Shown here piece by piece: positions 23,097-35,842 of a stretch of DNA of 64,000 bases. Source of the DNA: Tricharina praecox (lineage: Eukaryota); assembly GCF_024521635.1 (NCBI RefSeq), contig NW_026250443.1, positions 1 to 64,000 on the forward strand, given 5' to 3'. Positions within the stretch are counted from its first letter, which is position 1, and each line of letters begins with the position of its first letter. The position numbers and the translations under genes are program-made. The notes under the pieces were generated by a model. The model did not search any database, was not told the DNA's origin, and saw only the letters and a list, made by a program, of their open reading frames with translations.

Positions 23097-24997
23097 GAAA
23101 TTCTCACCCAGAAGACCAAGCTCAGCAACGAATATGTGCTTCTCTTCGGCAAAGACAGCGGGTTCGACCGCGAGGAGATCAAAGCTATGCCGAAGAGCTG
23201 CGATCATCCCAACTGGAAGGACCGGGATTTCCAGTAAAAGTTCGCGGAGCATCTCGGGAAGGCTTTTGAACAGGACGATCTCACTACAACATTTCAGTGC
23301 AGCCTCGCACTATTCGAACTCATTTGATCGACGGTGGAAGAGCTGGAAAAGGAGCTACGCAGGTTCACGTCAGCGGTTCCGGAGCAGGTATGTACATACC
23401 GATCCCGCCTTCTCAATTGTGACTTCCCACTATGTAGTATTGACCGTGACATAGTGCAACGTCGTGCCAATGGCGAAACCATCGACAAAACCATCCATCA
23501 GTGCCACCTGTAAGACGAAGGCATCTCACGTCGCCACGGGATTCGCTTGGTCGATGATCAAACCAAAACTCCAAGATCTCCAGCGCCAGCTTAGGGATCG
23601 GATCAACAACCTTATTCAATTGCGGGAGCAAAGGGACAAGCTCAATAAATTCCGAGTTCCGAAACCGCGAAGCAATTCCACGGCCAATATAAAAGAGGAG
23701 ACCCCGCTCTCTACCATCCTGGAAGTCCGAGCCTCCTCGAGACGACTCTATCAGGCTGTCAGTGCCCTCCAGAACTGACCTTGTCATTCCATCGTTCTTC
23801 AACTGCCCCACACCGCTTCGCCTGGTCCCAGCAGTAAAACTGCCACGATTTCCGAGTTAGGATCTTTCAGTACAAGGTTTAATCTGCTCGTCGCACCACT
23901 GGTGGACAAAACATCATATACATGTATAATGGTGCTCCCCGAAAGGACTCTCTCGGCGGCCAACCTGTCGGCGACGACGACTACTCCCGCGTCATCCGCT
24001 CAGCAATCAAGACCAAGCGCCATGAAGCGAACACTCGAGTTTGACGTCCATCAGCAGACGATTACTACCGCACCGTCCACTCGGCAGCCAGAACCAAGCG
24101 CCATAAAGCGAACTCTCGACTCGGAGTCCGTCAGCTGACTCGGGAGACAGTGCGTGTCCGGTTTGAACCCCGGATCAGGTGATGGTGGATGCACACAGCA
24201 TCATCACATCCGCTCACACCACCGTCGATAATTCACAGCCATCAAAACAGGTGATGTATGGGATCTTGCAATCATGGTGCTCTTTAACATCTATCAAGCT
24301 GCGAATCAACTGCACACTCCCAAATCCAGCGATGTCATACCTCGGAATTCTCCCCTACGTCGACAGCCACCGCCATGTCCTCCAGCAGGCCGATGAGCTG
24401 CCTTCAGGTTCCCGCATGCCGCTTCGCGAAGTGATCGCATTGGCGAATTCGTCGCCGCGGAAGAAGGTCTTTTCCTGGCCCGACAAGCGGCGATACGAAC
24501 TCGCCTACCTCCTCGCCTTCTGTCTTCTCCACTGTTCGGACTGCTGGTTCAAGCCCGGCTGGCGAAGCGGGGACATCAACTTCCTCATCCCAACGAACCA
24601 ACAGATCGGCGACGAAACCATGAAATTCCCCTATGTCGCCTCGCCACGACTGAGCCCTCCCACCCAACCGGGCACCGAACTAGTCAAAAACGAACACTTC
24701 TCCTCGCTCGCCATCGCCCTGATCGAGATAGGCTACGGCGACAGCTTGCACAATCTGTGCACGAAACTCGGGCAGGCCTCGCAGCCAGACGTGTATCTCA
24801 AGGAGTTCCTCGGTGCGAAGCGGCTGGCCAACGAGATCAAGTGGGAGATGGGCACGCGATATGCGCGCGTTGTGCTGCGATGTCTGGAACGCAATTTTGG
24901 TCTCGACGATGATGACCTCGAGAATAGGGAAATGCAGGAGGACTTTTACAGGCAAGTCATTTGCGAATTGCGGGAGTGCTTGCTGTTATTTCGGTAG
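23097..24997 (+). pseudogene. Uncharacterised fungal protein with kinase-C-lobe-like C-terminal domain (DUF7580-like), 5'-truncated and disrupted
   Basis: HPNWKDRDFQ*KFAEHLG (TAA 23235), LYQAVSALQN*PCH (TGA 23776), RYELAYLLA..CWFKPGWRSGDINF, SLAIALIEIGYG, MGTRYARVVLRCL..FYRQVICEL. Family assignment from memory. Confidence 0.65.
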
Positions 24998-25372
24998 CAA
25001 TTGTACCGGTAGTGGACTCTGGAGGGGCGGGTGGATTACATGATGGCGATGGAGCTTTGCACGGACATGTGATGGTAATGCTTTCGAGTTCCACGATTGA
25101 AGATAAGAAGATGTATGTTATTACCTAGGGAGAGTAGTGTGCTCGCTGATAGTGAAGCCAAATATTGCATCTGCGGGTTCCCTCCAAACATGAGTAAAAG
25201 GCGGCGCTTCTTGATGCGCGGCTGTGCCCATTCTTGCGCGCGATAATTCAAACAATTCAGCATGCTGAAACTCATAGCACATCACGGAAAGCTTTCGGTC
25301 AATTCCCCTTCCCTATTAAACAAGCTTTTAACGATCTTTCCAAAATCTGTATTCTAAACCACCAATCTATCG

Positions 25373-25943
25373 CTACACAAGATTCCCTCGCACCCCGGCC
25401 GTCACCCCCCTTTTCAGCACAACACTCTTGGCCTCTGTCCACACGGTGTAGGAACAATCTTCACCCCCTCCAACACAGCCCCAGGCTCATCCAGACTCCC
25501 GGCAGCAATCAGCACGCTCGCTTCACCCTCCCGCCTGATGAGCACCGACGCACCACACCACGTACAAAACCCTCTTGCAGTCCCAACTGCATCGATGCGT
25601 TCCTTATACGTTGTACCACCATAGCTCGGCGGCTGCTCCTCGGCGGAGTCCAGGTGCTGTTCCCGCGTCGCCCAGATTATGCTCGCTGGCGGGACGGAAA
25701 CGTAGGTTGCTTGCAGGCCGGCGGAGAATTTGCGGCAGTTGGTACAGGAACTGTCGGCGTGTCGGTTATCGAGAGTCTCACCGGTAGAGTTGAAGGAAGA
25801 GGCATGTGTACATACCAGTGTATCGCGGTCACCGTGTTCTGCCCACCGGTGCTGGTGACGATTTCGATGCGGTAGCGCAGGTGCGTGCACAGACATCCGC
25901 CGTAGAAGACCATGTGTGTTGCTGCCGGATCCAAACTCATCAT
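25373..25943 (-). CDS. GFA/CENP-V (Mss4-like) zinc protein, possible 3' frameshift
   Basis: YGGCLC..LRY, intron 25815-25751 joining HC-SCTNCRK, RGFCTWCGAS, AAGSLDEP. Confidence 0.8.
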
Positions 25944-27200
25944 ATCTTAGCTGTGTTCTGCGAACTCTGCTGTTCGCTCGCCCGCCACGAACCGGATTAT
26001 AAGGAGCCTTCGTGGTATCTAGAGCGGCGAGCTAGTTGTAGTAGCTATGACTCACGCATATGCTGTCACTCACTCACATCACCTCCACGCTAGCGCGCCG
26101 AAACTCCGAAACCATGCATCGCTGCTCCCAATCACCAGATTCGGCTGAGCACTTCATTTGGCGGGGAACCGAGGGTGACCTGTCCGGCTACGTATTTGAA
26201 TATATCGGCTCAGCACCGACTGGATACGCAAGTTGCAGGCTGCATGGAAGCCTTCTCTGCATATACGCATTGCGCACTTCAGTGCGGACGGCATAGGTGC
26301 TGTCATCGTATCCCACGAATATACTCCGATTGGGTGATGGATGTCGATTCTCGTATCGAAATACCTGCACCGGCGGTGACATCCTGCGCAGTGCTCACCC
26401 ACCCCCACTCGGGAGGCCGGGATGACTGGCATTGTCGTTCGGTACAATGTGTCCTCCGCGACGTGCTGGATTTACAAATGGGCATTGGGCAGTGGAAGCG
26501 CTTGGAAGCTATGACGGAGTGAGGTAATCGTCTACTCGTAGATACGCGGCGATTGGTACATACTCTATCACAGTACAAGCTATTGCGAGCCTACCTAGTC
26601 CGTATCAGTGAGTCACATACGGGATCACACGAGATCACTCGGCTGCCGATCTCTAACGCGCGGTGTGACGTCCCCCCAGTGGTACCTATCCGGCGATGCT
26701 TCTGCCATCTACTATACGCCAATTCTCAATCGGTAATCTCATGTCGTTGGTATCTCCAACGGATCGACTGGGACAGCAGACCTTGAATGACACGACGCAT
26801 CGCCCATATAGGTAGTACACGCAGTAGCAGTTGGTGCTAATCCTCAGTGCTTAATGCTTCTCCATAAACGTGGAGCATTCTTGCCTAATCGGTTGGTTTT
26901 CGTTTGTTTCTCTATACGTTCGCGAAGCTGGCGATAAAGAGTACCTACCGGTATTCCATCAGGACACTATATGACTCATGAGATATGGCTCGTTGCGTGA
27001 ACTTGAGGAATCGCTTTCCGCTCAACAGTTCACCGAAAGCCAAGAAACAATAATATAGGACCGTAGGCACTCAAATTCCAGTCCAAAATTCCAATCTACT
27101 AGTTACTGCTGCAACTTCTACAAAAGCCCTGTCGGGTATCGAATCAAATCAAACGCTCCATAAGCCATCTACAAGCCATCTATATCCGCTCCATAACCAC

Positions 27201-29602
27201 TTAAACGACCCAGCTCCTGATCATCTCCGCCCAGCCCACCTTCTCCTCCTCCTCCCTCCTGGCCTCAAGCACGACTCCCACCATCGCGCCAACCGGCAGT
27301 CCCGCCGCATGGACGAGCCTCATCGACTGGCTACCGCACTCCCACTTCCACCGTACCGCAGCGACGGCATCGCCCTCCAAAAAGTCCCACTTGAGCAGGA
27401 CCTCCTCGGCCCTAACGCCCTTGTCCTTAGTGCGGACCCAGAACTTGGCGAGCACCTTGCGGCCCCAGAAGTGGTAGGCGGGGATGAAGATGTCGGTGGT
27501 CCTCTCGTCCACCGATCCCGCGGCGCGCAGGACGCGGTACTCCAGTTCGAAGCGGCAGATTTCGAGCGAGAACTCGGACTTTACGATTGCGCCGGCGGTG
27601 GCGAAGGGGTACGGGCGGAGGAACGCGGGGGCGCAGCGGAGCCCGCGGTATAGATCGCCGAAGTGCGCGGCGCGCTGCAGCGGGATGCCGCGGTCGTGCG
27701 GACGGATGCCCGTGTCGGTGTAGTTTTGTAGGGGTAGCTCGGTGGTGCTCGGGTCCGACGAGACGATAGAGAAGTCCTCCGAGTTCCACGCGTCGCCGCT
27801 CTGAAACGGGGACGAGGTCTCGTTGTGAACGGCTGACGGTGTGCCTAATGTGCTGTGCGACAGCGTCAGGTTCCAGAAGGTCCAGTTCAAAGCGCCCGAT
27901 TGCTCCATTGCGTGCAGGATCGCGTCGGTCATGGTCAGTTGGTGGTGGATGTCGCCGGTGTTGTAGGCGGATTGCATGTTCATGTCCCAGGGGACACCGG
28001 TCTCGCCGATCAGGATCGGCGTGGGAGTGCCGGTGCCCGCGCGAAACGTGTCGAGATGATTCCAGAAGCGGCGGAAGTTGGCCGCATAGTTCTTGGTCAG
28101 GCCCGGTCGTCCAAAGTACGAGTGCGCCAACATGTTCCGAGAGCCATTGGCGAGGGAGAGGACGTCGAACGAGACGGTGTACGAGAGTCCCTTCTCGTAT
28201 AGCGCGCGGATGTCGTACCAATGCGGAGAGTAGCAGATGAAGTCGTCCTCGCCTTTGATTGCCGGGGATCGCGGAGATGTCCACGTCGGCGGACCGAGAT
28301 TGGGCACGGGTTCCACAAACAGCCATGTCCCGGCCTTTCCTCCGACGACAGCATCGATGACGGCACGGTGGAACGAACGGATGAACGGAACGTAGAAGTC
28401 ACTCTCGAAATCGACCGCAGCGCCGGTGGTGGGATGGTTCAGGAAGTACGAGAGGCCCTTAGGACCCAACTCTGCGTTTCCAGACGGCGAGATGGTGAAC
28501 ACGCGTTCATCCTGCCAGATATCCGATGCTCCGGGGAGCCATGCGGTAATACTGTCTTGGTTCAGGATATCGTTGCGGGTGATCTTGGAAGGGTGTGGCC
28601 AGCTGCGAGAGAAGTACGGGACGCTGGTGGGCACACCCGCGGCCAGCGTCATCGAGCTCAGAGCATTCGGCATGTACCCCAAGTGCAGATCCGTGGTCTC
28701 GTTGAAGTAGTGCAACGACGGAAGACCGATATACCCGGGATGCGGCTCATTCATCGGATCCACGCCGAGAACGTTGGGGAAATCCTTCAACTCCTCCATC
28801 AGGCGTGCGTACGCACGGATATACGAAGTACGCAAGACGTATCCAATGTTTTTCCCGAAGAACTCCGCATTCGACCCGGAGTACAGTGCTTTCGGCGCAA
28901 ACACCTCGCCGGCAAAGAACAGCGTGAACATGGTGGCGACCGCGAACTTGGAGTAGTTTGTCGGCCACAGCCTTCCGGAGGGCGTCGACAGCTTGCTACT
29001 TTCCTTCGGCGTATCGAGGGCGGCAGCACATATATGCGAGAACTTGGTCGGGTCGAGTCCGGCGAGATGAAACGTCCACAGCGGCGCACCGGAACCACCC
29101 GTGAACCGCGACCACTAGCCACCACGCCGTCAGTCGCCATCCCCTCGACACTGGGGAGCCCAGGGTGCACACGCATACACACCACATCCTGATGCCCATC
29201 TATAAACACGCGCAATCCCGCCTCATCCGCCTTTCGCACAAGCATACGGAGGTAGACCAGATACTCATCGTCGTAAACGCCCATTTCCCTTGGCTCGAGA
29301 GCCTCCCAGCAGACGACGAGCCTCACGACGCCGATGCCCCAGCTGCGCAGGCGAGCCCACCATTGCCCCGCCTCTTGCTCGCCGACAAACGGCTTGCCCG
29401 TGTACGAAACATTGCTCACGTCGTAGAACTCAGGGGTTCCCGCCAGCGCGTTGGAAACGGGGTACTTCGCGTCGCCGGAAACGTTGAGCCCGCGCAGGAG
29501 CAGCGTGCGCCCGTGCGCGTCGCTGAAGGCATTGAGGGTTGAGTGCGGTAAGACGGTGTCGAACGTAACGCGCGACGATATCGACGACGAGGTGGAGGTC
29601 AT
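27201..29602 (-). CDS. Glycoside hydrolase family 5, endoglycoceramidase-related protein (glucosylceramidase/steryl-glucosidase type)
   Basis: DAHGRTLLLRGLNVSG, WEALEP, IDGHQDV|WSRFTGGSGAP (intron), WPTNY..TMFTLFFAG, acid/base MNEPH, YSPHWYD, nucleophile IGETGVP, RPYP. Confidence 0.95.
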
Positions 29603-30407
29603 CCTGACGTGCTTGCTGTACTGGTGCTCAAGGTAACTTTGACGGTGAGGACAGCTTGGAGCTTTGGAAGGAGCCGCAACGGAACTTGCCGCCGGATGGG
29701 ACCTGCCGAGTTCCGAGATGACTAGGTCGCATGGGAGCAAACACAAACAGATTCCAGAATGAGACCACCCTCTATAAACCCTCGCTTGCGATCAACAAGA
29801 GCACTTGAAATTATCCATAGTGAATTATAAGCTTAACACGACATTACTCCCGACTCCATGCTCCATCCACTGTCAGTGAACCCACACCAGTGATCCGAGT
29901 GATACGGAGCACGCTCACGAAATAGTATGCGGGAAAATTCAACAGGTAGGTAGCTGGAGAGTACCGCAGGCTTTGCACGCGTACCCGATATTGTCGCTGA
30001 GTACAAGTTGACCACAGGGTACCCGCCTATGCCCAGACGTCCATTGTGTTCCAACGGCAAAAGTGCCAGTATGGCTTGGTGAAAGGCTGGTATGCATACT
30101 CTAAGCGAGTACTGTACCACCTATATATTTTACTTGCAATGCTTTTTGTGCCTCTCAATTCTCAATCTCGCTGGTGCAGGCATGCAGTTGGATCGATGTT
30201 CCAACGGTGCAACCAATACCGGTATCTACATGTTTATCTCTCGCGGATCTCATCACCAACAACTATTGCCGTCGCTTATTGGAAAGACCAGAGTGTTAGA
30301 GTGTTACGGGCTCAATTATTATTAATGATTAAGTAACTATCCACGGCCGCGTACCTACCAAAAATTCCCCATCCAAGCATACATACACATTAACGATTAC
30401 CCCCTCC

Positions 30408-31859
30408 CTACCCAGAGTACCCCCAGTACTTCCTCAACTTCCTCAGCACAACCCTAAGCCTGGTACGATCCACTCTAAGGGTATACCCATCATCCGGCTC
30501 AGCACCGGCCAAATCCTCCGGATCACCATCCTCATCGCTACTCATCCCCTCATCGCGATCAACAAACAGGGGTCCCAGATCGATCTTTGGCGGCAGGATC
30601 TCCGTGCACCGCGTGAGCCGACTGCGGTCCACGCCGAGAAGACTCATCTGCTCGTGGGCGACGGCGTAGTCCTCGTCCCAGTCGTCTTGGTCGTCGACGA
30701 AGCGCTCGAAATCGCGACGCGTCACCGGGTGGTGCGCGAATGCTACGTCGGAGGCGAACTTGAATACCCCGTCGGGCGTCGTGTCGTTGAGGGTTTCGCC
30801 GTAGAACTACGGCGGGGGGTTAGTATGTGGTTGGTGGGGTGGGAAGGGCGGGGGGGAAGTACCTTGACGTCCCAGATATCGGGCGTAGAGTCCTGCGAGA
30901 AGCCCGCTTGCGAGGGGTCGACAAAGCGCTGGGTGGCGGTCGAGTGAGCGCCAATGAGCGCCATGAGGTGGCGCACGCTGATGCCCATGTCAGCGAAGCG
31001 CGCGACCATCTTCTCGACGGAGTCGTTGACGTCCGGGAGCAGGCCCGTGGGGTTCTTGTTGCGCGCGTCGCGGCGGCCGACGTACGTCTCGATCGGTGGG
31101 CCGCCGGGACAGATGATCACACCGAGGATGCCGGAGACCTATTCACCCAGGAGTCAGCAGGTGCACAGGCTGCATGGGATGGGATGGGATGGGATTGGGG
31201 GGGGGGGGGGGGGGGGGGGAACTCACGTGGAGGATATCCGCGTTCGACACGCCGAACTGACTCGCGAGCGGCCTTAGCTGCGCAACGATGTCCTGCAGGC
31301 CGGCGTTGTCGGGCCGATCGATCTCGTCGGGATCGACGAGCATGGAGCCGTCGGCGCCGCCATTGCGCCTGCCTTGTCGCTTGAGCTTCAGCGAGAACGT
31401 GCCGGCATCGTGGAATGCGAGCCTGACTGCTGCACGCGCGCTGTCGCCACACTCGCCTGGAAGGAAAAAGCAAAAAATCAGTCGTGCCCTGGCCAACCAA
31501 CCAACCAATCATACCACAGCAGGTCTGCATGTGCATATGCATGGAAAAAGGGGAAAGGGAAAGGATGGTAACGTACCGTGAAAGACCTCCCTGAGTATAT
31601 GATCACGAATGCCGTACCACTTCTTGCACACCCTGTTCTGCACGCGGTCGCCCCTATTGATGCCCTTCCCGCTATTTGTATCTGGAAAGTGGAGATCCCG
31701 TCTGACAGTGACGGCCCTTTTGGCCTTGTGGTGGTTGCCATCGTTCGGAGCGCGGCCGTTTACGTACTCGCCCGTCTGGCCCGGACATGCGCTGACGATC
31801 TGGACGAGCAGCAGGCTGAGCACCAGGACCGAGATGGTCCATCGTAGTGTGGAAAACAT
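30408..31859 (-). CDS. Secreted class II heme peroxidase (ascomycete generic type), multi-exon
   Basis: Signal peptide; CGDSARAAVRLAFHDAG (distal R/H), GGADGSML, GRRDA, LIGAHS (proximal H), DSTPDIWD, SD, MSLLG, CTEILP. Confidence 0.93.
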
Positions 31860-32266
31860 TATGAGGTCGTAAATGTGAGGGGTGTGTGTCGATAAACAAA
31901 CAAACAAACGACCGATTGACCGATGGACCGATGGACCGAATGACCGATGGGGAGAAGCGACTGAATGCTAGCCGGCCAGTAAGTCCTGTGGGTGCGTCCT
32001 GTGTATGGAGTGGCGGGGGAGATCATGGACGGCCGTGTGTGCATCTTATATACCACATCCCCTCTCCCTCTCACCGCGCGGTTGTCACTTGGGGCTGGGG
32101 GAGATGATCTAACCCAGGTGCTCTAGTCTCTCCATAGGTGTGTGTACTCCATCTGTGTATGTGGGGGAGAGGGGGTGGAATAACTTTCAGCCTTGGAGAG
32201 AGACGTTTTTGGCTCTTTTTCCAGCATCAACCAAGTTCCAACAGGAGTCAGGACCGGGCACCGGTG

Positions 32267-32333
<67 letters not shown>
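32267..32333. repeat. (GCTT)n microsatellite
   Basis: Perfect tetranucleotide run seen directly. Confidence 0.97.
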
Positions 32334-33730
32334 GGATCTATCTGCTGTATCTATCTAGAGTGACTAGAGTGACTAGAGTAGCTAACGGGGTTGACTCTGG
32401 AGTCTGCTCACTGCTCACTCAACGCAACGCTAACTAAGGGTGAAAAATAGATGGCGAGAAGCCCGGCACTCAATGAATGAATCTACAGGGGGATATAGTT
32501 AGTTAGTTTAGTTACTCTAGTCCCCCGATCGGGGACCGGTCGACGTTGGCCCCCCTAGATGCGGGAGGGGCTGGCCCTGCCTGCGGGATTTCGATTCAGC
32601 TGTGGATTCTAGCAGTAGTCAGTGGTGGTAGTGGTAGTAGTAGTAGTAGTAGTAGTAACCCGCCTCCAGCGACTGGTCGAAACATGCGAGCCTAAACCGT
32701 ACTATAGTTACACGCTCGGTTCGAATACCGTATTGCCATCCATCCGTCCATCGATCCATCCATCGCGACACGATAACGGCGAAGAAAGCAGGTGCCATCC
32801 GCTGGCTGGCTGGTTGGCGAACGTGCCCACCTCCCTCCCTTCCCCCCTCACTCCCGACTGACGGAGTCCATGTGATGTCGCGGTGGTGCACCGCAGCGCC
32901 ATGCCATGCCATGCCATCGTGCCATGCCCACATAGTCATCGGGCCGACGCTGCGCGCACTGCAGGGACGGACGAAGGGTACCGGATGTACATCACCGCCG
33001 AGCGGCTGGCAAGGCCAGCGGGAAAGACAACTGTAGAGTCTACATAGATACATAACATCGACAGTTCCCGCGCGTTAAAGAATACTAGCACAGAGAAAGA
33101 TGAGCGACAATGGATCTTCAGGCGGCCGCCGCTTAGCTTCTTCTTTTAAGTACTCTAGATATCCAGGTATCCAAGTATCTACTGGCGACTAGGAACATGC
33201 TAGTTGCAAGATCGCCGGCACCCATGGTAGAGTACGAGGGTGGCTTATTTTCGTGTTGTTCTCCGTGATTTCGAGCCAGCCGAAACGGGCCATAGGGGGG
33301 GACGGGGGGGGGGAGGCGGGGGGCTTGGACATTGCACACTTGCAGACTTGCGACTTGCAGAAGTCGTTGCAGTCAGCATCATCATGCGCACGAGCGTAGA
33401 ATTCCGTCGTGGCTGCAGCTGCCAAAACCGCACTCTCTGGTATGCATCTACCTATGTAGAAGAGCACACTAGTAATGTGCTCATGAGAAGTTTGCATTCG
33501 GGCTTTCCTCTCCACTGGCGACGGTTTTGTGTACATAAGTCAGTAAGTAGAGTACATACGGCTTGACGGTGGCGGCGGTGGCGGCGGCGGTGGGCGGCGG
33601 ACGGATATCTTCACCGCTGCGCTGGCATCGGGATGTCGCTTTTCCGTCTCCCTCTGTCTCGCTCTTCTCCATGGTGGTGTTCTCTCCGGAGCGTGAACAC
33701 AGGATCAAAGGGTGTGGGATCTCACTCCCC

Positions 33731-34046
33731 TGATTCACTTGCTTCACCTGCTTCACGTGCTTCACCTGCTTCACCTGCTTCACCTGCTTCACGTGCTTCA
33801 CGTGCTTCACTTGCTTCACTTGCTTCACTTGCTTCACTTGCTTCACTTGCTTCACTTGCTTCACTTGCTTCACTTGCTTCACTTGCTTCACTTGCTTCAC
33901 TTGCTTCACTTGCTTCACTTGCTTCACTTGCTTCACTTGCTTCACTTGCTTCACCTGCTTCACTATCTTCACCTGCTTCACTATCTTCACCTGCTTCACT
34001 ATCTTCACCTGCTTCACTTCACCTGCTTCACTATCGTCACCTGCTC
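33731..34046. repeat. 9-bp minisatellite (TGCTTCAC[T/C/G])n, about 35 units
   Basis: Seen directly; explains the spurious VKQ/LLH/ASL-repeat ORFs. Confidence 0.97.
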
Positions 34047-35789
34047 CACTCACGCAGCAACACGCATGAGATGCAGTGTCTCGGTTCCTTCCTGGTGCAT
34101 TGCCACCCTGGGTGCTTGGCTCCCCTATAATTGCCCGAAGTGGCAGCGAAAGTCGCAAATCCAGCACAGCCAGAAAAACGAGCAAAAGCAGAGTCGCAGG
34201 ACTCCCGATACTCCCGATACGGCAGGGTTGCTGCCGGATACGGCGACAGGAATAGGTTCTATGCTATGCATATCACATCACCTCTCGCCTCTTGTGTGCG
34301 TTGCGTTGTGTTGCGACGGCACCTTCCGCCAGGGCCGTGGCCATGTCCAGGCCAGATGTAGAGTAGGCTGCCCATGCAGGTCCCGTGTCCCGTGCCTAAT
34401 CCTGCTTCTGATCCTGCTTCTGCTTCCGATCTGCACTCGCTGCGCAAATCCCACAAATCCCACAAATCCCCAAAAACCCCACCGCCAAAAAAATCCCCAA
34501 AAACTCGAGCCCCCAGAAGTTCGCATCCCCCACACATCCGCCTAGGTGGCCCAGCCGCGCCGTCGTCGCTCGACGCTCGCTCTTTTCGTCCGCGCGCATG
34601 TTTGGAGGGGGAGTGCAATCTCTCTCGCCGCCTCTCTTTTGGGAAGGGAAGAAGGAACAGGAGAGGTTCCCGGATGGCACCCGGATGGGAACGGCAACGG
34701 CAACGGCAACGGCAACTGGGGCTGGGGCTTGGTGTTCGTTGGTGGTAGGTGAAGATGTAGGTACGGCAACCATCCACTGCGATTCCTTCCATCTATCTAC
34801 AGGCTCTACTCGTATGCTCTATGTGTGACTGTGCAACGCGACCTGCGATGTCGCTGCTGTGGATCTGTGTATACATGCTAATAGTAGATATAGCACTCTA
34901 CGGTGCTCGAGAGTCTAGAATCTATGTAGAATCGCGAGTCCATGACTCCATGATATGTATGTCGAGTACTCTAGGTGCTCTGACCAGTTACCATGTCCAT
35001 GATACATACCACCCGTACACAGGCCAGTAACTAGGCGAGCGAAGCGGAACCTCAACCAGGTCAACTTTCCAGGTCCAGGATTGGCCGCTATTATTAGCCC
35101 CCTAGTTAGTTACCAGTAGTAGACTAGCAGTTAGCCCCCGGCCCTTAAGCCCTGCCCGTTCCCAGCGCGTTCCCAGCGCCAGCCCCGGGCCCCTGCGTGG
35201 ATTGGATAGGATTGGATTGGATTGGATACGGAGAGCTTAACTTCGCGTAGCGTGCGCTGCTTTGGTTCTCGACCTTTTCTCTTCTCCTCTCTGGTCTTCA
35301 CTTCCTTCTCTTCGCTTCAGGCGAAAGTCCCCAAGCCAAAGCCAAAGCCCACGCCCCCCGATTTAAAGCACCTGAACCTGCACCAGAACTGAACCTGCAC
35401 CAGAACTGAACCTGCACCTGCCACCACTGCACTGGATCATGTCTACATATGTAAGAAGTGTGTACATGAACACCTAGGAAAACGTCGGAAGTGCAACCAC
35501 CACCTCTCGTTACCACCAGCAGCGCCGCCACCGCGCTGCCCCGCCACGTAGAGTACATGGAGCATGACAGGCTCTTTTCTTTCATCTCGTGTCCGCCGCC
35601 GCCGCTGGTACGCTACGAAATCGAATGATTTGTGTATGTATGTAGGTAATCGAAACGTATGCGAAATGGTTTGCTGGCGATTGGTCGATTGCTCGATGGT
35701 CTGGTCGTGGGTCGTGGGTCGATGGTCTGGCCGTGGGTCGTGGGTCGTGGGCTGCGGTAAGCGTGCGCGATAGATACATATGATAGGGG

Positions 35790-35792
35790 GTG

Positions 35793-35827
<35 letters not shown>

Positions 35828-35842
35828 GGGGGTCGGGGTCAG
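35790..35842. repeat. (GGGGTC)n hexanucleotide repeat
   Basis: Seen directly. Confidence 0.9.

Noticed and set aside
27309..29542. Long antisense and alternative-frame ORFs over the GH5 gene (similar ones over the P450, reductase and MFS genes)
   Set aside because: Expected shadows of GC-rich codon usage.
33481..34545. Long ORFs with VKQ, ASL or LLH repeats
   Set aside because: By-products of a stop-free 9-bp minisatellite.
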